A DNA stretch of 58,080 nt, filler included, from Bdellovibrionales bacterium RIFOXYD12_FULL_39_22 (GTDB lineage: Bacteria; Bdellovibrionota; Bacteriovoracia; Bacteriovoracales; Bacteriovoracaceae), in assembly GCA_001770205.1 (NCBI GenBank). It is 2 parts of 2 records of this genome, joined end to end, with 100 filler letters (N's around TTAATTAATTAA, not from the genome) between each part and the next. Parts side by side here need not be neighbours in the genome. Positions count along the whole stretch, not along the records: positions 1 to 29,730 come from MEQL01000043.1; 1 more part is not named here. One strand, written 5' to 3'. This document shows, one piece after another, positions 1-9,232 of the stretch. How positions within the stretch are numbered: position 1 is the first letter of the stretch; each line of letters begins with the position of its first letter. The position numbers and the translations under genes are program-made. Under the pieces are notes generated by a model. It made no database searches and was not told the DNA's origin. It saw only the letters and a program-made list of their open reading frames with translations.

Positions 1-1
1 G

Positions 2-559
2 ACCATAACGCCGGACGAGGTGTTATCAGTCGCGGAAAGTTTATATCAATTCGCGGAAGAGATTGAAAAGGACGATTTTTACAAAAAGGCGTCTGATTTA
101 TACGTCAGAATGATTAATAAGGAATTCCAGGGTAAATTGCCGCGCCAGGAAACCTGGCTGATTCAATGGAAGTTAGCCAAGACCTATCGCGCCTTGAAGG
201 AATATGAAAAGGCCGTGGCGATTCTTGAAAAGCTGGATGCCGAAAAAACCAATAATATTGACATCGGCCGGGAATTGGCTTTTGCTTATGAATCTGCCGG
301 TTCCAGGGAAAATGTTACGCCCTGGCAATCAGCCAGGAAACAGTGGGCGAAAGTGAGCGGNNNNNNNNNNNNNNNNNNNNNNNNNNNNNNNGAGACCAAA
401 TACCATTTCGTAAATATGGAGTATCAGATAGGTAATTTCAAAGAGGCGCTTTACGCTATGACGATGATGGAAAAAGCCATCAGCCCGGAATACGACAATA
501 ATAAATGGGGTTATAAGGATAAATTCAAAGAGCTGAGAAAGAAAATAGAGGCAAAATGA
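2..559 (+). CDS. TPR-repeat protein, 3' part (5' end outside window; N gap at 361-391)
   Basis: Open frame from the window edge; helical TPR-like motifs (LAKTYRALKEYEKAVAILEKL, YQIGNFKEAL). Confidence 0.7.
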   Translation, partial: TITPDEVLSVAESLYQFAEEIEKDDFYKKASDLYVRMINKEFQGKLPRQETWLIQWKLAKTYRALKEYEKAVAILEKLDAEKTNNIDIGRELAFAYESAGSRENVTPWQSARKQWAKVSXXXXXXXXXXXETKYHFVNMEYQIGNFKEALYAMTMMEKAISPEYDNNKWGYKDKFKELRKKIEAK

Positions 560-582
560 GATTGTTGACAAAGTCAACACTT

Positions 583-693
583 TCACCCTGAACGAAGTGA
601 AGGGGCTTCCCACGACCCTGAGGGGTCTCTGGGAGAGAACCCGAATGGGCCAAAACTATGTTTGGCGAGATTCTTCGTTTAGTTCAGAATGAC
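583..693. repeat. REP-like imperfect inverted repeat with an internal insert
   Basis: TCACCCTGAACGAAGTGAAGGG ... GAGATTCTTCGTTTAGTTCAGAATGAC; the ends pair with 2 mismatches in 11 nt; intergenic. Confidence 0.55.
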
Positions 694-800
694 GCCGTTG
701 AAAGGTTTTTACGGGATTAAATAGAGGGAAAAATAGGCGCATAAAACTTGACAGAGATCATATTTTAATATTTTTTGGAACGGAAAGGAAAGGGTGTGAA

Positions 801-1922
801 ATGAAAGTATTGAAGATATTAGTTGCCCTGGCGCTCCTGGTTTTTTCACTGCCTTCTTTATATCTAATGGCCCAGGAAACAGACGTGGTCACTTCTGTAG
901 GGGCCGACAATAAAATAAACGATAATCCAGGTGATATCTCCAACGAAACATACAATGGCGTGGAGATTAAAGTAAAAGGCGGTCCTGTTATAACTGTTAA
1001 GTTAGACGCGATCAAAGCCATCACCTATCGCGACGAGCCCAGGGATTATATCAATGCCAAGCAACTCCAGGAATCCGGTAAATATACCCAGGCCGTGGAG
1101 TCGTATAAAAAAGCGTTGAATGATACCCGGCTGAGGGCTATCTTTAAACAGCATATTCTTTATAATATCGCCGTATGTTATCATAATGCCAAGCAGTTTG
1201 ATGAGGCCATGACGGCCTATGATGAAGTGCTCAAGGCATTTGAGAAGACGCGCTACTTTAAGCAGGTCTATTTTAATAAAAGCGATTGCGCCGCGAAAAA
1301 GCCTGACTTGGCAACGGCATTGGGTATCCTGGATGAAGCCAAGGTCAAAGGCCGTGACATCGGAGAAAAATTCCTGTTAGAAGTTGATTTGCGCAAAGCC
1401 AATCTTTTGGAGGATAGCAAGAAGCCTGACGAGGCCAAGGCCATTTATAACCAGCTTAAAACCAAGGCCGCAATGCAACCGGCCATATTATACCGCGCGC
1501 TTATCGGGCTGGGCCGGGTGGAATTAGCCGGTGGAGAGCCTTCCCGGGCGGAAGATGCGTTTAACGAGGTGATTGCCAAGTCGGACGATGCCGTGGCCAA
1601 GGCCGGCGCCTATAATGGCAAGGGCGATTGCCTTATGGCTAACCCCAAGGCCGATTATAAAACAATAAAGAACGCCCTGTTTGCCTACCTGCGTTCTAAA
1701 TTACTTTATCCGGCTCCGGCCGGCGAACCGACCATTGAAGAGGAAAAGGCCATTTATAACGCCGGAGTATCCTGCGAGAAATTAGCCCAGGCGCTGCCTC
1801 AGGAAAAGAAAAAGGTCTATATTAATAATGCCAAGCTCCTTTACTTGGAGTTGAAGCAGAAGTTTCCCGGTTCCAGATTTGCCCCGGAAGCAAATAAGAG
1901 ATTGTCTGAACTCGGGAAGTAG
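801..1922 (+). CDS. Secreted TPR-repeat protein
   Basis: Signal peptide MKVLKILVALALLVF; several TPR motifs (YNIAVCYHNAKQFDEAMTAY, YNGKGDCL); C-terminal KFPGSRFA. Confidence 0.85.
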   Translation: MKVLKILVALALLVFSLPSLYLMAQETDVVTSVGADNKINDNPGDISNETYNGVEIKVKGGPVITVKLDAIKAITYRDEPRDYINAKQLQESGKYTQAVESYKKALNDTRLRAIFKQHILYNIAVCYHNAKQFDEAMTAYDEVLKAFEKTRYFKQVYFNKSDCAAKKPDLATALGILDEAKVKGRDIGEKFLLEVDLRKANLLEDSKKPDEAKAIYNQLKTKAAMQPAILYRALIGLGRVELAGGEPSRAEDAFNEVIAKSDDAVAKAGAYNGKGDCLMANPKADYKTIKNALFAYLRSKLLYPAPAGEPTIEEEKAIYNAGVSCEKLAQALPQEKKKVYINNAKLLYLELKQKFPGSRFAPEANKRLSELGK

Positions 1923-1932
1923 CAACGAATTC

Positions 1933-1972
1933 CACCCGCCCGAACGAATGAACTCGTTCATTCGGGCAGGTG
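1933..1972. repeat. Imperfect intergenic palindrome with 18-nt arms
   Basis: CACCCGCCCGAACGAATG-AACT-CGTTCATTCGGGCAGGTG; 3 mismatches. Confidence 0.5.
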
Positions 1973-2023
1973 AGGGAAAATAGATTAACTGTAAAGAAAG
2001 CAGCAAAGAGAAGGAGAGCGTCT

Positions 2024-2791
2024 ATGTTTTACAGAAACAACAGGAGTAGTAAGACCGTTGTCATATCGACCATTGTATTGGTTGCGTTTTTTATTGGTGC
2101 GGTAGGTTTTAGTTATGTTTATGCCCAAGAGGGCGGGGGGAGTAAATCATCCGGAGTCGCAGAATCAGGTTTTATGGACCTGGTTAAATCCGGTGGTTGG
2201 GTTGGTCATTTTATTATTCTTTGTAGTGTGGTAGGTATGGGTTTTGTCATTGAACATATCGTGAATATTAAGAGAGATAAATTATGCCCACCGGAAATAG
2301 TCGCCGAACTGGAAGCGCTGGTGGAAGAGGGTCGTTACGAGGAAGCTGTTACATTATGCAGCGCTAACCCCAACTTTTTCTGTAATATTATGGGTGCGTC
2401 TCTTTCCAAGGTGAACGAAGGTTATGATGCCATGGTAGAAGCCATGAGCACGTCCGGCGAAGAGGAGTCCGCTAAGTTGAATATGAAAATAAGTTATATT
2501 TCTCTTATTGGCAACATCGCCCCTATGTTAGGGTTGACCGGAACAGTCACCGGTATGATCGCGTCATTCGGTATTATCAAGACCAAATTGTCTCCTTCTC
2601 CGGCTGACCTGGCCAGCGGCGTAGAAGCCGCTCTGGTTACCACGGTCGAAGGACTTCTCGTATCAATGCCTCTGATGACCGCATTTTTCCTGTTTAAAAA
2701 TAAAGTAACACTGTATATTATTGAAATTGGGATTATGGCCGGTGAGTTTGTCGATAGGTTCAAGAATATGTCAGCTGAACAACCTCAATAA
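2024..2791 (+). CDS. exbB: MotA/TolQ/ExbB proton channel family protein
   Basis: IGNIAPMLGLTGTVTGMIASF and LASGVEAALVTTVEGL motifs; start placed at the ATG after AAGGAG. Confidence 0.9.
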   Translation: MFYRNNRSSKTVVISTIVLVAFFIGAVGFSYVYAQEGGGSKSSGVAESGFMDLVKSGGWVGHFIILCSVVGMGFVIEHIVNIKRDKLCPPEIVAELEALVEEGRYEEAVTLCSANPNFFCNIMGASLSKVNEGYDAMVEAMSTSGEEESAKLNMKISYISLIGNIAPMLGLTGTVTGMIASFGIIKTKLSPSPADLASGVEAALVTTVEGLLVSMPLMTAFFLFKNKVTLYIIEIGIMAGEFVDRFKNMSAEQPQ

Positions 2792-2820
2792 TTTAAAATT
2801 AATTATGGGGATTTAATACT

Positions 2821-3304
2821 ATGAAAATAAAACGGAGAGCAATGCTGGAAAATACGGGTCTGAATATGACCCCGATGATTGACATTGTCTTNNNNNNNNN
2901 NNNNNNNNNNNTTGCCCAAGGCTGACGCGGCATTAGCTGATGATCATCCTGATAAAACACGGCTTATGGTAAATATTAATCATGAGGTTCCTCAAGGGCA
3001 AGATTGTCCCCAGTTAAAATATAAGAATGGTATTTTATTGCAACCATGCCAGATTGATGAACATTGGGTCATAAAAATACGCGGCAGCGTTCTAACCATC
3101 CCGGAATTGGAGCAGAGGCTGGTGGTGGAGGGAAATATGGACCGGGAAACCAAGGGTAATCCCAAGACTCCTTCAAATCGTCCGGTAATGATAAGGCCTG
3201 ATGGCAGCGCGCCATTCAAAAAGATTACCCAAGTATTGGAAGCCGCCGGTAAGGCGTTGGTTTGGAAGATAGAAATCGGGGCTGAAAAGCCGCCGGAGGA
3301 GTAA
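2821..3304 (+). CDS. exbD: ExbD/TolR family protein (frame interrupted by N gap at 2892-2911)
   Basis: N-terminus MKIKRRAMLENTGLNMTPMIDIV; C-terminal VMIRPDGSAPFKKITQVL. Confidence 0.85.
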
Positions 3305-3306
3305 TT

Positions 3307-3783
3307 ATGGCAAGGCGTGCGAAACGTGCTTTTGAAGAAGCAAGGCAGGATTTGGAAATGACCCCCATGATTGATGTCATATTCCAGTTGATTATATTTT
3401 TTATGTGCTCTATCCATTTTAAGTCCTTGGAAGGTAAGCTGTATTCCTATCTTCCCAAAGATAAGGGAATGTCGTCAACTACTGTAACGGATCCGATTTT
3501 AGAAGAGGTTCGGATAAAACTGGCTTATTCCGCAAGCGCGCCTCTTTTAACCAGGATAAAAGTTGGAGAGAGAGAGTTTGCGGATTGGGATGCGTTGCTT
3601 AAGCATATGCAAGGCCTTTCCTCAAGTTTGGTAACGCTTAGTGGCGATGTAATTCCGGTTAAGATAGATTCTGACGAACAAATACCAACGCAATCCGTAG
3701 TTAATGCTCTTAATATATGCAAAAAAGCAGGCGTGCAAAAAACTGAATTTGCGGCTAAGACCTCAGCGCCTCCTAAAAAATAG
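3307..3783 (+). CDS. exbD: ExbD/TolR family protein
   Basis: MTPMIDVIFQLIIFFM motif with the conserved Asp; VKIDSDEQIP..SVVNALN. Confidence 0.9.
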   Translation: MARRAKRAFEEARQDLEMTPMIDVIFQLIIFFMCSIHFKSLEGKLYSYLPKDKGMSSTTVTDPILEEVRIKLAYSASAPLLTRIKVGEREFADWDALLKHMQGLSSSLVTLSGDVIPVKIDSDEQIPTQSVVNALNICKKAGVQKTEFAAKTSAPPKK

Positions 3784-3834
3784 GGCGGTTTTAATTGGCC
3801 TGCAGGCCGACAGGAATTTCATATAATATACCGT

Positions 3835-4423
3835 ATGCATAAAATACTCTTGGCAAAGAAATCAGTGTTACTGGTTGGTATGGCCCTATTCTTTTCTTTC
3901 AGCATTATTCATTGCGGAGGTCCAAAGGCGACCTCAACGCGTAAGATGTCTATTAAGTCCCAGATCCCGTCCCGGGTTTCCGGCACAGCTGTGGTAATGG
4001 AGAGCGTGGCGCCGGAATCTGTTTCTCCGAATTCATCCAATGTTCCGACGATTCATTTTGCCATGGCTACTAATCAGCCTGATATTGTTTTAAAGTCGCT
4101 TAAATTTGATNNNNNNNNNNNNNNNNNNNGAATTCAAGTTAGAACAGCCTATTATCAGCCGGGTTCAATCGTTTTTTATAACCGTTGATTTAGCCAGCAG
4201 TATTGTCGGCACCATCTCATTCTTATTTAATGAGGAATCATTTGGCACTACGGACATTGTCGGCGTGATTGGTAAATACCCGTTTTCCTCGAATTCGGTG
4301 AATGTGTCGGCCACAACGGCTTTATCTCCCGAGAGTGTTCCCGAAAAAACTTTAGTTAAGACGGGTGAGGTGCCATTTAAGGAATCTTCCGGAGAATCCG
4401 GTGACATTATGTCAGAGCTGGAA
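3835..4423 (+). CDS. Hypothetical exported or lipoprotein, partial (N gap at 4111-4128; runs into the scaffold gap)
   Basis: Hydrophobic N-terminus ending IIHC; the two track ORFs are joined across the N run. Confidence 0.55.
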
Positions 4424-4535
4424 NNNNNNNNNNNNNNNNNNNNNNNNNNNNNNNNNNNNNNNNNNNNNNNNNNNNNNNNNNNNNNNNNNNNNNNNNNNNN
4501 NNNNNNNNNNNNNNNNNNNNNNNNNNNNNNNNNNN
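4424..4535. other. Assembly gap (112 N), contig junction
   Basis: N run; composition and gene style change across it. Confidence 0.95.
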
Positions 4536-5096
4536 GGTTGGATTTCTTTATCGGTACTGGATGTCCATGCCAATGAGGCTATTTTAAAAGAAGATTACGA
4601 TGCTAAGGAAGTTTCTGTTCATTCGGGTGACATAGTTGCTGTTTTAAAAGAAGATAATGGCTGGTGCTATGTCAGACGCAATGACGGAGAAATTGGTTGG
4701 ATACCAGCAGAGTGCTTGCATGCGGAGGATATTAAGAAGACTCCCGTTTGGCTATCGTGGAGCAGTGGTAAAGACAGCGCATTTGCGCTGATCGAACTTA
4801 GCAAGCACCCCAAATATGCAGTTACCAAATTATTTACTGTTGTAACTGGTGAATTTGAACGTGTTTCCATGCACTCGACAAGAATTGAGTTATTAAACAG
4901 GCAAGCAGAGATGCTGAATCTTCCACTAGAGACAGTAGTTTTACCATTTCCTTGTTCAAACGAAGAATATGAACAACAAATGCTTAAGCTGATAAACAAG
5001 GCCAAGTCTGAGAATATTACTACAATGGCATTCGGTGACCTTTACCTGGAAGACGTTCGTTCGTATCGTGTGACAAAACTTGATGGTACTGGTATA
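4536..5096 (+). pseudogene. SH3-like domain fused to the N-terminal half of a PP-loop (diphthine-ammonia ligase/MJ0570-like) ATPase; truncated at both ends
   Basis: EDYDAKEVSV...GWCYV...GEIGWIP (SH3-like); SWSSGKDS PP-loop, RVSMH, AFGDLYLEDVR; family similarity ends at GTGI. Confidence 0.7.
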
Positions 5097-5413
5097 GGGC
5101 AGCTCGCCTCTGTCTGGAAGATAATTTGGAGAAGTTCAAGCGTGGATGGAAGAAGGCCAATCCTATTGTGCAAAAAAGGTTACTCAGGAGGATGCTTGAT
5201 TGCCTGATTTTCACCTCAGAAGGGGTCAAAACTTTTTATTTTTTGGACACTCAAGCTGCGCTACCTGACCAAAACGATCAGTCTACTCGGGCCAAGGGAG
5301 AAAATCCCTTGGCCCCCTTATATTTAGGGGTCAACCAAACCATCCGTCGGATGGTGGCAAGTTCGAATTTGATGATTTTTGGTGCGTCTGATTTTGTAAA
5401 TGGCGCGGCCTGA
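5096..5413 (+). pseudogene. C-terminal remnant of a probable large serine recombinase; stop codon lies inside the tRNA 3' end
   Basis: KRLLRRMLDCLIF..GVKTFY resembles the C-terminal motif of large serine recombinases; the ORF ends NGAA* overlapping the tRNA acceptor end. Confidence 0.5.
5289..5315. terminator. Perfect 11-bp hairpin, possible terminator
   Basis: GGGCCAAGGGA-GAAAA-TCCCTTGGCCC, about 85 nt downstream of the minus-strand tRNA; no clear U tract. Confidence 0.35.
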
Positions 5414-5477
5414 GGGATTCGAACCCCCGACCAACAGGTTCGAAGCCTGCTACTCTATCCAGCTGAGCTAAGACCGC
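5401..5477 (-). tRNA. tRNA-Arg(TCG)
   Basis: Acceptor GCGGTCT/AGGCCGC, anticodon loop CT-TCG-AA, T loop GTTCGAATC, encoded CCA. Confidence 0.95.
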
Positions 5478-5555
5478 GTACTTGGTTATCCAATCGATAT
5501 CGGTGATGGACATGATAAACGCGAATAAGAGTTTTGGCCACAAAATTTTAGCTAA

Positions 5556-6029
5556 CTATGCTCTCTCCAATGCGGCCAACGCAATCTTGGAGTACTCATC
5601 AATTTTTCTGGCCAAGTCATTCGATATTCCTTCTGCCAACTTGATCTCTTTGGGTTCAATAATCAATAGGTCTATAATTGGCAATTCTTTATAGAGAGTG
5701 CGAGCAAAATCTAAAACTTTAAATAAATCTGTGGAATGCACATCCACACTGACTTTTGGTAGTCGTTTTTTACTGCTTCGTGCCTGCTCAAGTCTAATAA
5801 CTTTATAGTCACCAGCATCTAGTCCCAAACGGCCAGTGTCCACAATTACAATGTGAGATGTCTTATTATCACAGTATGATATTAAATCAAAAACTCGGTT
5901 AGAAAGGTCCACAAAAAAAATACCCGCACGGTGATAGTTCAAACAGTTCTCTAAATGATTGGCCACCCGGATACCAACGCTATCATCATACATTAGGTAG
6001 TTACCTACTCCAATAACATACTTCTTCAA
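5556..6029 (-). CDS. Hydrogenase maturation protease
   Basis: VIGVGNYLMYDDSVG, VIVDT and H motifs; last gene of the hydrogenase operon. Confidence 0.9.
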   Translation of the reverse strand: MKKYVIGVGNYLMYDDSVGIRVANHLENCLNYHRAGIFFVDLSNRVFDLISYCDNKTSHIVIVDTGRLGLDAGDYKVIRLEQARSSKKRLPKVSVDVHSTDLFKVLDFARTLYKELPIIDLLIIEPKEIKLAEGISNDLARKIDEYSKIALAALERA

Positions 6030-6081
6030 TGGCCACTCTCAAAGCTATAAGACAGACTCTCCAACTGCATAACTACTAGCA

Positions 6082-7638
6082 CTATTCTTCTATAATAATG
6101 TCTAGATAATGTGTAGAACAAGAAATACAAGGGTCATAAGCTCGCACTAACATTTCAAATGCCAGCTTTATTTCGTCATTGTTATAATTAAGATTCATTA
6201 CAAATGGTAACAGGGCCTCAAAATCTTTTTGAATATTGGCATGATTTTGATTCGTTGGAATTATACAGTTTCCACTAATGCACATTCCATCTTTGTCGTA
6301 CTCATATTCATGAAACAAAATACCGCGTGGTACTTCTACCGCTCCAGCTCCCTTAGAAAATTTTGTTGGCCTTACTAGCGGCTCATCCTTGATTCCATCT
6401 TTTAAAATTTGATCAATGAGTGCTACTGATTGATAGACATCATTCACCACTTCTACCAACTGCGCCACACTATTCATAAACGGGTTGGTGCAAATAGGCT
6501 TAAGTCCAAATTTTGTGGCAACAGCAAGTGCCTTCTCATGAAGTTTGTCATAATTATTATTAAAGCGTGCCAGTGCACCGGCGGCATAGCTCTCATGGCG
6601 ATTTTTTGTCCACTTAGCAGTAGACTGTGGTGTGAGATATTCGTTTGTCACTGAACGATAGTCGGCCACCTTATAGGTTGCGATACTGCCATCATACAAT
6701 GTCGATTTTATTTCTCCACTGTACAATTCATAGTCATCATCTGAAGAAAGTGCAATATACTCCGTCGGCCGATTAAAGTTAGGAATTTTTCCGGCCAGAG
6801 ATAACACTAAATCAGCGGTCGTAACTAAGTCTTGTTCGTGTGCAAGAATTTTTGCTCGCAACTCGCGCAGTTCAATCTCCGTCGGCAACTTTGTAAAACC
6901 ACCTGGAACAACCGTGGTAGGATGGGTAGTTCTTCCTCCAATTAATGCACCCCATTCATGGCCCAAGCGTTTTAACCTCAGCGCCATGGCCACTACTGGC
7001 CCATGCTTTTCTACTAGAGGAAATACGGAAGGCGCCCCCAATAAATCAGGAGCAACGAGAAAAAATATATGCAAAATATGAGAATCAAAATTTTCTGCGT
7101 GCTTCAATAGCTTCCTTAAATTTCTCGTCTGCTCAGTTATATCAATACCGAGTGCGGCCTCTGATGCCTTAACCGATGCCAAAGTATGGCCAACTGAACA
7201 AATACCACAAATGCGACTTGTGATACGCGCTACCTCTGAGTAATGACGATCTCGCACCATCGCCTCAAAAAAACGTGGGGCCTCAGGAACCTGCCATTGA
7301 CATTTTTTTACTATTCCATTTTTTACATCGATAACAATATTCCCATGGCCTTCAACACGGGTGAGGTGATGGACATCTACTTTTATATTTCTCTTCTTGC
7401 TTGTTCCAACGGCCTTGGCCTTTCTAAAGGCCGGTTTTTTTCCGGCATTTTGTTTCTTAGGTAGTGAGACTTTCTTTTTTTTGGGCACCACTTTTTTAGC
7501 GGCCTTCTTTTTCACCTTTATCACTTTTTTAGCGGCATTCTTGGTATTTTTTTTCTTCACCCCTGCCTTTTTCATGGCCTTTTTTACTGTTTTCTTGGCC
7601 TCTTTTTTTACCAGTTTCTTTTTTTTCTTAGCTGTCAT
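6082..7638 (-). CDS. hyhL: Group 3b NiFe-hydrogenase large (alpha) subunit with a Lys/Ala-rich N-terminal extension
   Basis: TRVEGHG, L1 RICGIC, L2 DPCISCSTH plus a cleavable tail; ATGA overlap with the upstream gene. Confidence 0.93.
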   Translation of the reverse strand: MTAKKKKKLVKKEAKKTVKKAMKKAGVKKKNTKNAAKKVIKVKKKAAKKVVPKKKKVSLPKKQNAGKKPAFRKAKAVGTSKKRNIKVDVHHLTRVEGHGNIVIDVKNGIVKKCQWQVPEAPRFFEAMVRDRHYSEVARITSRICGICSVGHTLASVKASEAALGIDITEQTRNLRKLLKHAENFDSHILHIFFLVAPDLLGAPSVFPLVEKHGPVVAMALRLKRLGHEWGALIGGRTTHPTTVVPGGFTKLPTEIELRELRAKILAHEQDLVTTADLVLSLAGKIPNFNRPTEYIALSSDDDYELYSGEIKSTLYDGSIATYKVADYRSVTNEYLTPQSTAKWTKNRHESYAAGALARFNNNYDKLHEKALAVATKFGLKPICTNPFMNSVAQLVEVVNDVYQSVALIDQILKDGIKDEPLVRPTKFSKGAGAVEVPRGILFHEYEYDKDGMCISGNCIIPTNQNHANIQKDFEALLPFVMNLNYNNDEIKLAFEMLVRAYDPCISCSTHYLDIIIEE

Positions 7639-8384
7639 TTGACATCACCTCTTTGATTGTTGGTAAACATTCTAGACTTATTCCAGGCCCGCGAAGAATG
7701 CATTCCCCCCTTATTGATCAGCGTTTTTACCAATGAATCAACATTGGGAGTAGAAACAAATCCTCTACACGCTTCACAAGGGATTCCATCTTTCGGACAA
7801 GGAGCTCCACATCCCGCACGTGCGACCACTCCAAGGCAATGATCACCATCATGAAAACGACAAATGGTTTCATTTAATTTACATTCCATACAAACAGGAT
7901 GATTGGGGATAATTGGTTGTTTATCATGTAAAAGGTGCGAGACAATGCGAATAAATTCATCACGACTCATGGGACATCCATACACCGAATAATCAACTTT
8001 TATTGCTGCAGAAATTGGTAGGGCAATATTGGATGCCAAATGCGGTGCCTTTGCATCTTTGCCATAAACACACTCATGGTAATCATGCTGGTGATTCTTT
8101 AGCGCATTGATTCCACCAGTGGCCGCACATGCTCCATAAGCAATAACGATCGCCGATCGCTTACGTATCTCCTCCAATCGCTTCCGATCACTCTCGCGTG
8201 TGAAACTGCCTTCTATGAAAGCAATATCTAACTTGCCTGCCTTTTCACTCATCGCTTCACGAAATTCCACAATATCAATGTGATTTATTAATTCTAAAAA
8301 TGCAACATCGCCAAAGTTAGTGAGTTCAATCTGGCACCCTTCACAGCTGGCAAAGTCAAAAAATCCGACCTTGGGTTTACTCAT
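7635..8384 (-). CDS. hyhS: Group 3b hydrogenase small (delta) subunit
   Basis: SCEGC, GACA, GCP, CMEC, CLG...GCGAPCP...CEACRG. Confidence 0.92.
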   Translation of the reverse strand: MSKPKVGFFDFASCEGCQIELTNFGDVAFLELINHIDIVEFREAMSEKAGKLDIAFIEGSFTRESDRKRLEEIRKRSAIVIAYGACAATGGINALKNHQHDYHECVYGKDAKAPHLASNIALPISAAIKVDYSVYGCPMSRDEFIRIVSHLLHDKQPIIPNHPVCMECKLNETICRFHDGDHCLGVVARAGCGAPCPKDGIPCEACRGFVSTPNVDSLVKTLINKGGMHSSRAWNKSRMFTNNQRGDVK

Positions 8385-9217
8385 ATTGCCTCCTCAAGAT
8401 GCTTGATAGTGTCTAGGGAAAAAACTGGCCCATGTATACAAGCGTAATGATCATTAATTTGACAATGGCCACACTTACCTACCCCACACTTCATTCTGCG
8501 CTCTAAATCCAAATAAATATCTTCGTTTTTAATTTTTAGTTTTTGCAATTCGAAAATAACAAACTTAAACATAACTGGAGGGCCACAAATTATAACTTTT
8601 GTATTACTCTCCACTTCTAAATTTTTAAACAAAGTAGTGATTAGGCCCACATTACCTTTCCAGCCAGGAATTCCTTGATCTACCGTCTCATGAAAATCAA
8701 CATCACTACTCTTGGCCCAGACCTCTAAATCATCAACAAACATGCGCTGATTAGGATTTTTGGAACCATATAACAGAGTAAATTTTTTAAAATCCGATCG
8801 CTTATCCAAAATATATTGAATCATACTGCGAGTAGGACAAAGGCCGATACCTCCAGCGACAATCATGACGTTTTGATTTTTAAAGGCCTTGAGATCAAAA
8901 CCATGGCCCAAAGGCCCGCGCACATAAAGAGAATCTCCTTTTTGCAATTTATTAATCGCTTTAGAAACTCTTCCCACACTACGAACAACAATATCAAAGC
9001 TATTTTTTCGCGTTGGAGAACTGGCAAAACCAATGGGAATCTCTCCGTACCCAAATAGAGAAACTTCCATTATCTGTCCAGGAGAAAAAGTCATCTGCTT
9101 ATCATTAGCGAGCTTCAAAGAAAAATGTCGTTCTAGCTCAGTGACTTGTTTGACATTTAAAATTTTGGCTTCCATTGGGTAAAAAATGTTATTTTCGTAA
9201 GAATTATAATCTAACAT
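8381..9217 (-). CDS. hyhG: Group 3b hydrogenase gamma subunit (FAD/NAD(P)-binding, 2Fe-2S)
   Basis: RGPLGHGF, VAGGIG, ICGPP, ERRMKCGVGKCGHC...C. Confidence 0.92.
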   Translation of the reverse strand: MLDYNSYENNIFYPMEAKILNVKQVTELERHFSLKLANDKQMTFSPGQIMEVSLFGYGEIPIGFASSPTRKNSFDIVVRSVGRVSKAINKLQKGDSLYVRGPLGHGFDLKAFKNQNVMIVAGGIGLCPTRSMIQYILDKRSDFKKFTLLYGSKNPNQRMFVDDLEVWAKSSDVDFHETVDQGIPGWKGNVGLITTLFKNLEVESNTKVIICGPPVMFKFVIFELQKLKIKNEDIYLDLERRMKCGVGKCGHCQINDHYACIHGPVFSLDTIKHLEEAI

Positions 9218-9232
9218 AATATAGCTCCTATC

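Noticed and set aside
2879..4576. Apparent frameshifts in exbD and the 3835 gene
   Set aside because: They coincide with N runs of estimated length
7397..7642. Phe-rich plus-strand ORF
   Set aside because: Antisense shadow of the Lys-rich hydrogenase tail
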